A stretch of DNA of 62,913 nucleotides from assembly GCA_047614005.1 (NCBI GenBank), contig JBLHIK010000001.1:1-62913 (forward strand). The letters are read 5' to 3'. The notes beneath the pieces were generated by a model. It was not told where the DNA came from. It saw only the letters and a list, made by a program, of their open reading frames with translations, and ran no database searches. A program made the translations under genes and the position numbers. The stretch comes from Flavobacteriaceae bacterium (GTDB lineage Bacteria > Patescibacteriota > Minisyncoccia > Phycocordibacterales > UBA1006). Positions 10,516-18,576 of the stretch are shown one piece after another. How positions within the stretch are numbered: position 1 is the first letter of the stretch; the number at the start of each line of letters is the position of its first letter.

Positions 10516-11034
10516 CTATGAGTTATTTTTTATAAGTGTAATTTCAGGTAATACAACACCTTCTTTTAAAATAAATCCTTTATCATTAAAATCTTCCTCT
10601 GTTTTTTTGAAGCCATTTTTTATATAAAATTCAATTGCATTTTTATTATAGGTTACTACATGCACAATAATATCTTTGTCGCTTTTGAGAAAATCAAATG
10701 ACTGCCCTAATAGCTTTTTACCTATTCCCTGACCTTGATATTTAGGAAGGATATATATGGCTCTTATTTCATTATTTTTTATGCCTTTATAAGCAGTACA
10801 AACACCCACTACAGTGTCGTTTTCTTTTGCGACAAATGTCTCTGCTTTAGGATTTTTATTTTCAAGATAGTTCTGAAGTTCTTCAGTTTTCTCTTTTGTT
10901 TTTCTCTTATTTACAAAATCTTCAACATCTCCATAACTAACACCGTGTTCTTCATTAGGATATGTTGCAAGCCACGTTGCAGTACCAACATCTATAATAC
11001 CCTGAGCATCATTTGAAAGAGCGGGAGAAATAAT
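10516..11034 (-). CDS. GNAT family N-acetyltransferase (start codon unresolved or frameshifted)
   Basis: Acetyl-CoA motif QGQGIGKKLL and NAIEFYIKNGF. The frame is open up to 11046 and encodes the N-terminal half of the fold (IISPALSNDAQGIIDVGTATW), but has no in-frame ATG/GTG/TTG before GTG at 10809. The start drawn at ATT 11034 is a guess. Confidence 0.6.
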   Translation of the reverse strand: MISPALSNDAQGIIDVGTATWLATYPNEEHGVSYGDVEDFVNKRKTKEKTEELQNYLENKNPKAETFVAKENDTVVGVCTAYKGIKNNEIRAIYILPKYQGQGIGKKLLGQSFDFLKSDKDIIVHVVTYNKNAIEFYIKNGFKKTEEDFNDKGFILKEGVVLPEITLIKNNS

Positions 11035-11297
11035 ATAACCTCTGTTTTATTTTCAAAATGTTTATTTTCCATATGTGTATAGTTTAACAGAAAAATTTAT
11101 AATTTTGAAAGACTAGAGACTAATAAAAAAAACCTTACCCTCAAACCATGGAGGTAAGGCGTTCATAATTCGCATACCTTTTTGGTAGGTAATTTTGATT
11201 TGACCACAATCTTTCCAAGCATCGTGCTAAACGCATAAGCAAACCATATTGCGCTTATTTCACCCAATGCGCGCGCAAGCGTTACTCCCTCATTGTG

Positions 11298-12671
11298 TTA
11301 ATAAATATACACATTATATAATTCCGCAAATTTTTCTAACGTTAAATTATTATCAACAGTTTTCAGCTGTGTCTGATATTTTGTAAATATATTAGTGATT
11401 ATTTGTATACGTTCTCCTTTAACTGCTTTGTGTATTTTTCTATGGCAATGAGGACATAGTGGGATTAAGTTTATTGTACAGTCTAAGTTTCTTTTTTTAT
11501 CAGTCCAATACTGTTCTTGAAACTCCATTGGAATCATATGATGACCCTCTACATAAAGTTGTTTTGTTGAATCTGAAACGAAGTAAAGATGTTTTTCATC
11601 ATCACAAGCACATTTATATCCATGTACATTAAAAGATTCTTTCTTGAACACTCTTTGTGTTTTGAAAACCATTTTACCTTTTTTATTGTAATCAAAAATA
11701 GGTTCTTGCTCGTAGCATGGGACACCTGCTTTTTTGTCTTTTTCTCTCCGTAATTTATCCTTTGTTTTTATAATTTCAATAATTTCCACTTCTCTTTCTT
11801 CATCATCTACAGATACTCTAAAAATATTATATGGTGTTAAATCTGTTTTCTTTAAGAATTCAGTGAAACCGTGCATTACACGCAAAGTAATATCACTTGT
11901 TTGTTCTAGCGCTTTAGAAATATCAACACCCTGACCTTTTTGTAATATAATAACTGCGTATAATTTTAAAGCAAAAAATTTAATATCTTGACCTTTAGGT
12001 ATGGATTTAAATTTGGCAGAATATATATCGCCCTTTTTTGTAATCTGCTTAAATTGAGAATTGCTTGCATTTTTGCTTTGCAAATAATTAGCATGGTCAA
12101 CTAATTCATCTACACTATTATATTTAGAGTGGATATTTAAATTTTTTATATGTATTAAGTCGATAACATCAAAACCAATCGTATTAATGTATTTAATACT
12201 CATTTGTATATTAGATATTCCTGTATCAGAAATTTCATTGGAATCTGGAGTAAATTTATCTGACTTGTGCGTTGTCAGAATACATATTTTTTTAATTCTA
12301 TCGTCCAATAAAAATTTTTTGCCGTCTTTCTCTTTAAGTTTACTGGTTATCATTGGCATAACTTGCTGACTTAAAAAGACATTTCCTTCTTTTCCGTGAA
12401 TAGTTGTGAAAGAAATTGTAATTAAATCATAATCAATGAAATCTCCTTTTATATATCCGTTATATTGGTGGTATTTACCTTCCTCTTTTGTATCTAAAAG
12501 CGAATATTCCGTTATATTCAAAAAATCATAGCGTTTATTTAATTCACTAATTATATTTTTAATAAACAATTCTGGTGAATCAAAACCGTAAACTCGCAGT
12601 ATCTTTTTAGACTTATCATTACCTAGAGATTTAAAAAATTTCTCATGTATTTTTAGTGTATGTTTTTTCAT
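11298..12671 (-). CDS. restriction endonuclease candidate with C-terminal HNH (beta-beta-alpha-Me) nuclease domain
   Basis: C-terminal CACDDEKH..EGHHMIPMEFQ..NLIPLCPHCHRKIH. The ~340-aa N-terminal region is unassigned. Abuts the methyltransferase gene with a 1-nt gap and is very AT-rich. Confidence 0.7.
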   Translation of the reverse strand: MKKHTLKIHEKFFKSLGNDKSKKILRVYGFDSPELFIKNIISELNKRYDFLNITEYSLLDTKEEGKYHQYNGYIKGDFIDYDLITISFTTIHGKEGNVFLSQQVMPMITSKLKEKDGKKFLLDDRIKKICILTTHKSDKFTPDSNEISDTGISNIQMSIKYINTIGFDVIDLIHIKNLNIHSKYNSVDELVDHANYLQSKNASNSQFKQITKKGDIYSAKFKSIPKGQDIKFFALKLYAVIILQKGQGVDISKALEQTSDITLRVMHGFTEFLKKTDLTPYNIFRVSVDDEEREVEIIEIIKTKDKLRREKDKKAGVPCYEQEPIFDYNKKGKMVFKTQRVFKKESFNVHGYKCACDDEKHLYFVSDSTKQLYVEGHHMIPMEFQEQYWTDKKRNLDCTINLIPLCPHCHRKIHKAVKGERIQIITNIFTKYQTQLKTVDNNLTLEKFAELYNVYIY

Positions 12672-12672
12672 A

Positions 12673-14526
12673 TTATTTTCTTTTACCTTTCACAATATTG
12701 TAATTCGTAATTAAAACCTCCTTACGCACGCCTGATTCTAGTTTAAAAATATTAAATTCGTGAGTATCAATCCACTCTTTCAAAATATGATTTGTTTTAT
12801 TTTTATGTTCTATAATATTGGACAACATAAACCTATATCCATTATTATGTAGAGATGTTATATACTTCAATAATTTTGTCTCTAAATCTGCGTCCCAGCC
12901 ATTAAAACCACGCTTGCCGTCATTATATGAACCATTTGTTATAAAATATGGCGGATCAAAATAAAACAAGGATTCTTTACTAAACTTTTTGTAGTCTAAA
13001 TTTTGAAAATCAAAATTTAGCAGGTTAATCTTTTTGACTTTTGGCTTAAAATTAAGAATGCGTTGTCCCAAAGTTTCGTTAAATGCACAATTCCCAACAG
13101 GTGTATTAAATTCAAAAGAGGAGTTGAATCTTAATTGATTTTGAAATGAAAACATAGACAAAACAAACAAGTCCATTGAAGTTTGTTTATTATTGTAAAT
13201 TATTCTAAATTTATTAAAAGTTTTACTATTACTTCTATTTAAATCATGTTTCTCAATTTGGTTTTTGGTATGCTCCAATATTTTTTTAGGTGATGTTTTT
13301 AGCAACATCGCTATCATTTCATAAACATATGGATTGTATTCATTATATATAACCTCATCAGCGACAACATTGACACCAACATTAAATGCTCCACCCATAA
13401 CATCAACGAAAGAATCAATTTGTCCAGGTAAGTACTTTGTTATTTGAGGCATTAATCTATTTTTGCTACCAGAGTAGTTTAAAGGTGATTTGATTACTGT
13501 GTTATCTTTTTTAAAATAAATCAGGACTTCAAATAAATTTTTGCTTTTTTTGCTTTTTCTTATATTTTTGTATGTTCGGTATGAAATCTTTTTGATGATA
13601 ACCTTACTATTAACAGCATACTTTTTTAACATTTTCTCTAAATCATCTATTGGTATTAGAGATTCATTGCTATAACTTATAACAACATGCTTAAAATTTG
13701 CTTGTCTAATTAAATCTTCAAAAGCTATAATTGCTTCTTTTTTACGCGTGTAGACAGATTTTCTATCATTACAAACTCTTCTGCCAGTTATCCCTGCTAT
13801 ATTAGGAAAATCATATCTAGATAGAGTTTCTAACACATGATACGCCGAAGAATATTCTGTTACTGTGTATGGTGGGTCAATGTATAAAATATCTCCCTCA
13901 ATTTTTCTGATTACAGAATTAGAATCCTCATTGTAAACTTCGTTATCATCTTTCAATTTGTAATTAAACAGTCCAATTGGAGATAATACAAAATCTTTCA
14001 AAGACCTTTTGTCCCATTCTTTCAAAAACGCTTCATATGTTCCAGATGTATTTGAAAAACTCATAGCACTCTCTAGCAAACTAGCAAGCAGGAAATAATA
14101 TTCTTGTTCATTGAAAATTTTATTTTTGTATATTTCCTCAATTTCAATTCTAATTCCATCTATTTTAACCGCATTCTTATCAGAAAAATATTGTCGATTG
14201 CCAGTAGGTGCATAGTTATTAGTTATATAGAAATTTTTATCATATTCATATTTTTTTTCATTAAAGTATTCAAAAGGTTCTGTTTGATATTTTTTTTTAA
14301 AGTTTTTGAAATGAGGAATTTTTGAATTCCATAATTTTGCTTTAGCAAAATCTGTAGAGAATTTTAAAAAGTCGTTTGAAATAATTTTATATTTTGATTT
14401 AAAATAATCCCCAACACTAGAAGTGCCAGCAAAAATATCGCAGAAAGTATTTCCAGAAATTTTGTTTTCTTGCAAAAATATTTCTATTTCTTGCAAAAGT
14501 CTTGTTTTGTTTCCAATAAATCTCAT
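12673..14526 (-). CDS. fused double N6-adenine DNA methyltransferase (two Dam/D12-like DPPY domains)
   Basis: Domain 1: MRFIGNKTRLL, DIFAGTSSVG, YIDPPY. Domain 2: PLNYSGSKNRL, DVMGGAFNVG, YFDPPY. Confidence 0.85.
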   Translation of the reverse strand: MRFIGNKTRLLQEIEIFLQENKISGNTFCDIFAGTSSVGDYFKSKYKIISNDFLKFSTDFAKAKLWNSKIPHFKNFKKKYQTEPFEYFNEKKYEYDKNFYITNNYAPTGNRQYFSDKNAVKIDGIRIEIEEIYKNKIFNEQEYYFLLASLLESAMSFSNTSGTYEAFLKEWDKRSLKDFVLSPIGLFNYKLKDDNEVYNEDSNSVIRKIEGDILYIDPPYTVTEYSSAYHVLETLSRYDFPNIAGITGRRVCNDRKSVYTRKKEAIIAFEDLIRQANFKHVVISYSNESLIPIDDLEKMLKKYAVNSKVIIKKISYRTYKNIRKSKKSKNLFEVLIYFKKDNTVIKSPLNYSGSKNRLMPQITKYLPGQIDSFVDVMGGAFNVGVNVVADEVIYNEYNPYVYEMIAMLLKTSPKKILEHTKNQIEKHDLNRSNSKTFNKFRIIYNNKQTSMDLFVLSMFSFQNQLRFNSSFEFNTPVGNCAFNETLGQRILNFKPKVKKINLLNFDFQNLDYKKFSKESLFYFDPPYFITNGSYNDGKRGFNGWDADLETKLLKYITSLHNNGYRFMLSNIIEHKNKTNHILKEWIDTHEFNIFKLESGVRKEVLITNYNIVKGKRK

Positions 14527-14528
14527 AT

Positions 14529-14723
14529 TTATTTTATTAAATCATCAACACTAACCTCGAGTGCTTTTGCAATGAGTCTCAAGGTCTCAACTCTAGGATT
14601 TTTCGTTGCACCAGACTCTAGTTTGATGATTGTATTATAAGTAATATCAACAAGTTTTGATAACTTGTCTTGCGATACTCCTTTTTTATTTCTGTATTTC
14701 TTTAAATTTTTGGCGATTGACAT
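14529..14723 (-). CDS. XRE-family HTH protein, probable R-M controller (C) protein
   Basis: 64 aa, HTH (VSQDKLSKLVDITYNTIIKLESG). First gene of the operon and preceded by a perfect palindrome. Confidence 0.75.
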   Translation of the reverse strand: MSIAKNLKKYRNKKGVSQDKLSKLVDITYNTIIKLESGATKNPRVETLRLIAKALEVSVDDLIK

Positions 14724-14743
14724 AATAATATTGAAAATTGTGG

Positions 14744-14761
14744 ATAGTAAATATTTACTAT
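14744..14761 (-). promoter_or_regulatory. candidate C-box operator (perfect 18-bp palindrome ATAGTAAATATTTACTAT)
   Basis: Read directly from the sequence, ~20 nt upstream of the C-protein ATG. Confidence 0.45.
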
Positions 14762-15087
14762 TACTTTTGGATATAGTATAACAGGAGTAGGTTCATCTGA
14801 ACCTACTATGAATTATAACACTTTTTAAAAAAATTTAGTATAGTGTTACTAACAACATGAAGCGAAACCGACCGACAAAACCCTTACTTTTCTATGGAGG
14901 GGCCTAGGGAGGAGCCGAAAAGGAAATGGTTTTGGTTGGGCGGGTCGCCCGAAGCATGAGGGCGATGGCGCGGTGGAGTTGTTTCGCACTCCGCAGAGTG
15001 CAAAAGAAAGCACTCAAAGCGTTCCGCTTCCTATTCTGGATTTTCTTCAAAAAAAGTTCGGATTTCGTCCAAAAGGTACCGCAAAAA

Positions 15088-15114
15088 ACAGTACAGAACG
15101 ATGTTCTGTACTGT
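15088..15114 (-). terminator. rho-independent terminator hairpin (copy A)
   Basis: ACAGTACAGAAC-GAT-GTTCTGTACTGT, followed by a T-run on the minus strand. Confidence 0.6.
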
Positions 15115-15125
15115 AATGTTTTATG

Positions 15126-15263
15126 TGGAAGAGACAGGATTCGAACAGGAGTCCTTATTTTTATAAATAAAAATATAGGCTCACGTTCCTGGCTCGCTGG
15201 TGCTCGTACCTCGCACATCACTCCGCCTTTCGAATCTTATACAAGCGATGCTTGTATCTCTTC
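15126..15263 (-). pseudogene. tRNA-Ser-derived tRNA-like element or decayed copy (X1)
   Basis: The 3' end ...GTTCGAATCCTGTCTCTTCCA is identical to the tRNA-Ser T-loop/acceptor. A 5' GAAGAGA can pair with TCTCTTC. The T stem cannot form and the body is non-tRNA, with GC-rich and AT hairpins. Confidence 0.3.
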
Positions 15264-15294
15264 TCGAAAAATATATTCGTAAACTCATTATTTT

Positions 15295-15397
15295 GCGGAA
15301 GAGACAGGATTCGCCTACTCTCATGGATATTTATTTCGTCTTGTAGACTCATAAATATCTCATTCCCTTAGTCTCCACTCGGCCATTCATCTCTCCC
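15295..15397 (-). pseudogene. tRNA-Ser-like pseudogene (X2)
   Basis: 5' GGGAGAG..ATGGCCGAGTGG (class II D-loop motif) and 3' CGAATCCTGTCTCTTCCG, but the T-loop lacks 2 nt and no canonical anticodon arm could be folded. Confidence 0.35.
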
Positions 15398-15456
15398 TTT
15401 GGTCGAGATGGCTTCGCATGGCCTCGGTTCGAATCCTGTCTTCCGGTAAAACAAAA

Positions 15457-15483
15457 ACAGTACAGAACGATGTTCTGTACTGT
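15457..15483 (-). terminator. rho-independent terminator hairpin (copy B) after tRNA-Ser
   Basis: Same hairpin as 15088..15114, followed by a T-run on the minus strand. Confidence 0.65.
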
Positions 15484-15494
15484 AATGTTTTATG

Positions 15495-15579
15495 CGGAAG
15501 AGACAGGATTCGAACCTGCGGGGGATTACTCCCCACACACTTTCCAAGCGTGCGCCTTAAACCACTCAGCCACTCTTCC
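15495..15579 (-). tRNA. tRNA-Ser (anticodon GGA), class II, CCA not encoded
   Basis: Folded by hand: GGAAGAG/CTCTTCC acceptor, GCTGAGTGGTTTAAGGC D-arm, CACGC-TTGGAAA-GTGTG anticodon arm, GGGG..CCCC long variable arm, GCAGG-TTCGAAT-CCTGT T-arm, G73. Confidence 0.9.
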
Positions 15580-15606
15580 ACCCTACGGATAAAATATAAC
15601 ATATTT

Positions 15607-16503
15607 TTACATCTCTTTTCGGAGGCGTTGAACCCTCTCTTGCAGTGGAGGATGTGTAGAAAACATTTTACTGATTCCAGAAAGTGATTTTTTAGCACCG
15701 AAAGGATTTGATATAAAGAGATGCGCTATCGCTTTATTTTGAATCTTCATTTTGCCACCATAATGAGATATTTTCTCCAATGCATTTGCAAGACCATCGG
15801 GATATCGAGTCAGAAGAGCACCACTTGCATCAGCAAGATATTCTCTCTTTCTTGAAATGGAAAGCTGTATTAAAATACCTATAATTGGTGCAAGTATCAT
15901 AAGAGCAATACCTACAATCATAAATATAGAACCCAGCTGACTATCTGAATCTCGCCCTCTCCCTCGAAACAGAAGACTTCGCAGAAAGAAATCAGATAAA
16001 AGAGTAATAAAGCCCACCAAAACCACCACCATGGTAGATATGAGCATGTCCTTGTTTCCAATATGAGCAAGCTCATGAGCTACCACCCCTTCTAATTCAT
16101 CTTTTTCAAGAAGAGACAAGAGACCGGTCGTCACTGCTACAACGGCATGTTTTTCATTGCGACCTGTGGCAAAGGCGTTAGGAGCATCGTCGTGTATCAC
16201 ATAGAGTTGTGGCATAGGCAATCCTGCAGTAATAGCGAGATTCTCTGTGAGAGTATACAGATCAAAATACTCTTCTCGAGAAGCCTTTTTTGCTCCTGAC
16301 ATTTTCAATACCATTTTGCTTGAATTCCAATATGCAAAGATATTCATTCCCAGTGCAAAAACTACTGCAAAGAGCAATATATCAGGTCGCCCATAGTACA
16401 AAGAGATGAAATACCCCACAGAAATAACAACAATCAAAAAAACAAAGACAAGAGTCCATGTCTTGCGAATGTTTTTTGATTGTTCTGTGTAGAGTGTTGC
16501 CAT
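15607..16503 (-). CDS. htpX: M48 zinc metalloprotease HtpX
   Basis: HELAHIGNKD (HExxH), four TM segments, C-terminal FSTHPPLQERV. Confidence 0.9.
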   Translation of the reverse strand: MATLYTEQSKNIRKTWTLVFVFLIVVISVGYFISLYYGRPDILLFAVVFALGMNIFAYWNSSKMVLKMSGAKKASREEYFDLYTLTENLAITAGLPMPQLYVIHDDAPNAFATGRNEKHAVVAVTTGLLSLLEKDELEGVVAHELAHIGNKDMLISTMVVVLVGFITLLSDFFLRSLLFRGRGRDSDSQLGSIFMIVGIALMILAPIIGILIQLSISRKREYLADASGALLTRYPDGLANALEKISHYGGKMKIQNKAIAHLFISNPFGAKKSLSGISKMFSTHPPLQERVQRLRKEM

Positions 16504-16595
16504 GGGTTAAGAGATAAGGAGCAGTGATTAGGAAACAGGGAATCTACATCCTAAACAAGCAAGTACTAGGTATTATAATTTTTAATACTTAATCT

Positions 16596-17201
16596 TTATT
16601 TTTTTCTAAATGAATTATATAGATATTCCGCCTCTTCAAGACTATCTATTCTAGGTGAATCACCAATATGAATAATGAAGACGAGTTTCAAGTCTTGAGC
16701 GTCAATTAAAACTTTTACTGTTTTATAATTACCAGAAATATTTTGTTCATATATTTGTGCATCAAAACCGTCAATTTTCACATTTTTGGGCTCAGGTGCA
16801 TTTGTGTATTTTGGTATATAACTTTCGAAGATTTTTGTACCAACTTCATCCTCTTTCACTATGGACATAAACAGTTCTCCATCATATCCTGAGCCAAAAA
16901 AATCTTCTGGATTACCAAAAATAACACTACCTCCACTAGAGCTTATTTCTTCATTAAAGATAGCAAATTCGCGTGGAATAGATACAGAGAATCCAAGTTC
17001 TTCGTTTTCATAGCGAACCCAATCACCTACCACTTCTTCTATTTCAGATATTTCTTCATTTTGCTCCATAGCCTGTTGTATATTTTCATGCGTTTTCTGC
17101 TCTCTACCTTCCCATATCATTGTTGAAATAAAAACAGTCATGAGCAAGATAGCTGACAGTAAAATAATAATAAGTTTATGATTGTGATTGTGGTCTTCCA
17201 T
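16596..17201 (-). CDS. hypothetical membrane-anchored protein
   Basis: 201-aa ORF with an N-terminal TM segment (LIIILLSAILLMTVFISTMIW). Confidence 0.55.
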   Translation of the reverse strand: MEDHNHNHKLIIILLSAILLMTVFISTMIWEGREQKTHENIQQAMEQNEEISEIEEVVGDWVRYENEELGFSVSIPREFAIFNEEISSSGGSVIFGNPEDFFGSGYDGELFMSIVKEDEVGTKIFESYIPKYTNAPEPKNVKIDGFDAQIYEQNISGNYKTVKVLIDAQDLKLVFIIHIGDSPRIDSLEEAEYLYNSFRKK

Positions 17202-17219
17202 GATTATATATATTTATAA

Positions 17220-17780
17220 TTAAAATTTTACTGCTACTGGCTCACGAGCTTCTTGTTCATTTTCTGAAAGTTCAAAAAACTCTTTTTTAGCAAATGAAAA
17301 CACTCCAGCAATGATATTTGATGGGAAACTTTCTATCTTTATATTTAGATCTCTCACATTTCCATTATAAAACCTACGAGCAGCTTGTATCTTGTTTTCT
17401 GTATCAGAAAGTTCTCTTTGAAGCTCTTTGAAGTTTTCGTTGGCCTTAAGGTCAGGATATGCTTCAGCAATAGCAATGATAGATTTTAGAGTACTTGAAA
17501 GCATATTTTCTTTCTCCATCATTTCTTCTATATTTCCATCTTGCTCTGCACCCATAGCTGCAGCACGGGCTTTTGTTACATTTTCAAAAGCCTCACGCTC
17601 GTGCTCTGCGTATCCTTTTACAGTATTTACAAGATTAGGTATGAGGTCATACCGACGTTTGAGCTGAACATCAATATCAGCCCACGCTTCTTCCGTGCGA
17701 GTATTTAATCGAACAAATCCATTGTAGTAAGAGACAAGAGCAATAATAACAACAGCAATAATAATTCCAATAAGTAGCAT
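17220..17780 (-). CDS. lemA: LemA family protein
   Basis: N-terminal TM segment plus YNGFV..EEAWADIDVQLKRRYDLIPNLV..ERE..AARRFYN, the LemA signature pattern. Confidence 0.85.
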   Translation of the reverse strand: MLLIGIIIAVVIIALVSYYNGFVRLNTRTEEAWADIDVQLKRRYDLIPNLVNTVKGYAEHEREAFENVTKARAAAMGAEQDGNIEEMMEKENMLSSTLKSIIAIAEAYPDLKANENFKELQRELSDTENKIQAARRFYNGNVRDLNIKIESFPSNIIAGVFSFAKKEFFELSENEQEAREPVAVKF

Positions 17781-17808
17781 AAAAATATATAACTATGATA
17801 ATACCTCC

Positions 17809-17832
17809 AGTATATCAAATATCAGGTTGCAA
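17809..17832 (-). promoter_or_regulatory. repeated promoter-like module TTGCAACCTGATATTTGATATACT (extended -10 TGATATACT), copy 1, upstream of lemA
   Basis: A 24-nt sequence identical to 18434..18457, ~30 nt upstream of the lemA ATG. Confidence 0.35.
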
Positions 17833-17838
17833 AGATAT

Positions 17839-18393
17839 CTATTTCTTTATATCAAAAGAATTAACTACAAAATCAAAATTTTGATTATCTTCTCCTAAGA
17901 ATGAAATGTATCTGTATTCAGAAGACAAGGGAAATGCTGCCATTTTTTGACTCTCATGGAAACATGTTATTTCACAATTTTTTGCTTTTCCTGCTGAAAG
18001 AAAACCGCCATGCTGTAATCCTGTTTTATTTTCAAATTTACCATCTTCATAAACCAAAGAATAACCCATTTGCCATATCGGTGGCTCACATTCCAGACAT
18101 GAAATACCCCCTGCAACAACAGTATTATTATTGATAAACTTTATCACAAACTTTTTTCTATAAATAATATCACCATTATTATGAGAATACTCGTCTAGAG
18201 TAACTGGTTTTTTCTCGGAAAATTTTATTTCTAATTCTCCCCACTGTTCTGGATATTGAAATGAAAAACCCAACTCTTTGTTCACATAAGTAACTAAATT
18301 TTCTCCTACTTCTTGGGTACCAACAACAGTAGACAAATACAACCCCACGGCAACTCCAATTGCAAATATAAATATTAATTTTATTATTTTCAT
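17839..18393 (-). CDS. hypothetical secreted or membrane-anchored protein
   Basis: 184-aa ORF with a signal/anchor (MKIIKLIFIFAIGVAVGLYL). Confidence 0.55.
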   Translation of the reverse strand: MKIIKLIFIFAIGVAVGLYLSTVVGTQEVGENLVTYVNKELGFSFQYPEQWGELEIKFSEKKPVTLDEYSHNNGDIIYRKKFVIKFINNNTVVAGGISCLECEPPIWQMGYSLVYEDGKFENKTGLQHGGFLSAGKAKNCEITCFHESQKMAAFPLSSEYRYISFLGEDNQNFDFVVNSFDIKK

Positions 18394-18433
18394 ATATTTT
18401 ATATTAAATTATAACTAGTAAAAACTTACTTTG

Positions 18434-18457
18434 AGTATATCAAATATCAGGTTGCAA
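18434..18457 (-). promoter_or_regulatory. repeated promoter-like module, copy 2
   Basis: Identical 24-mer upstream of ORF 17839..18393. Confidence 0.35.
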
Positions 18458-18576
18458 GTATATGCTTTCATTAAGATTATATTAGCAAGATCGAACTTTA
18501 CTAAACAGATGTAGGGGAATATAAAAACACCAAGCAGAACTTGATGTTTTTATATTGTCTATATAGATAGAGGGTT

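Noticed and set aside
14858-15290. A possible RNase P RNA. Short matches such as GTGCGAGGTACGAGCACCAGCG versus GUGCGGUAAGAGCGCACCGCG, AGATGAATGGCC, and AACTCCACCGCG.
   Set aside because: The universal P4 element AGGAAAGTCC and its partner are absent. The matched pieces occur in the wrong 5'-3' order and are interrupted by a terminator, so this is probably chance similarity among GC-rich sequences. An Rfam scan is needed to be sure.
15126-15446. A possible tmRNA (ssrA). The minus strand starts with GGAAGACAGGATTCGAACC, resembling the tmRNA 5' GGGG..GGAUUCGAC, and ends with a tRNA-like GGAC..TTCGAATCC..CTCTTCCA.
   Set aside because: The 5' similarity is just the reverse complement of a T-arm, because TTCGAA is palindromic. 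There is no G3.U70 pair, the T stems cannot pair, and no tag reading frame ending in an Ala-rich tail was found.
15425-15446. A plus-strand tRNA ending in GGTTCGAATCCTGTCTTCCGG.
   Set aside because: The sequence upstream of the T-loop (CTCGG) cannot pair with CCTGT, and no D or anticodon arm is present. It is interpreted as an inverted fragment of the tRNA-Ser 3' end.
14904-15698. ORFs 14904..15221(-), 14926..15282(+), 15387..15698(-) and 15418..15687(+).
   Set aside because: They overlap tRNA-Ser, its terminator copies and the GC-rich non-coding segment. The translations are low-complexity or Arg/Cys-rich with no protein-like pattern.
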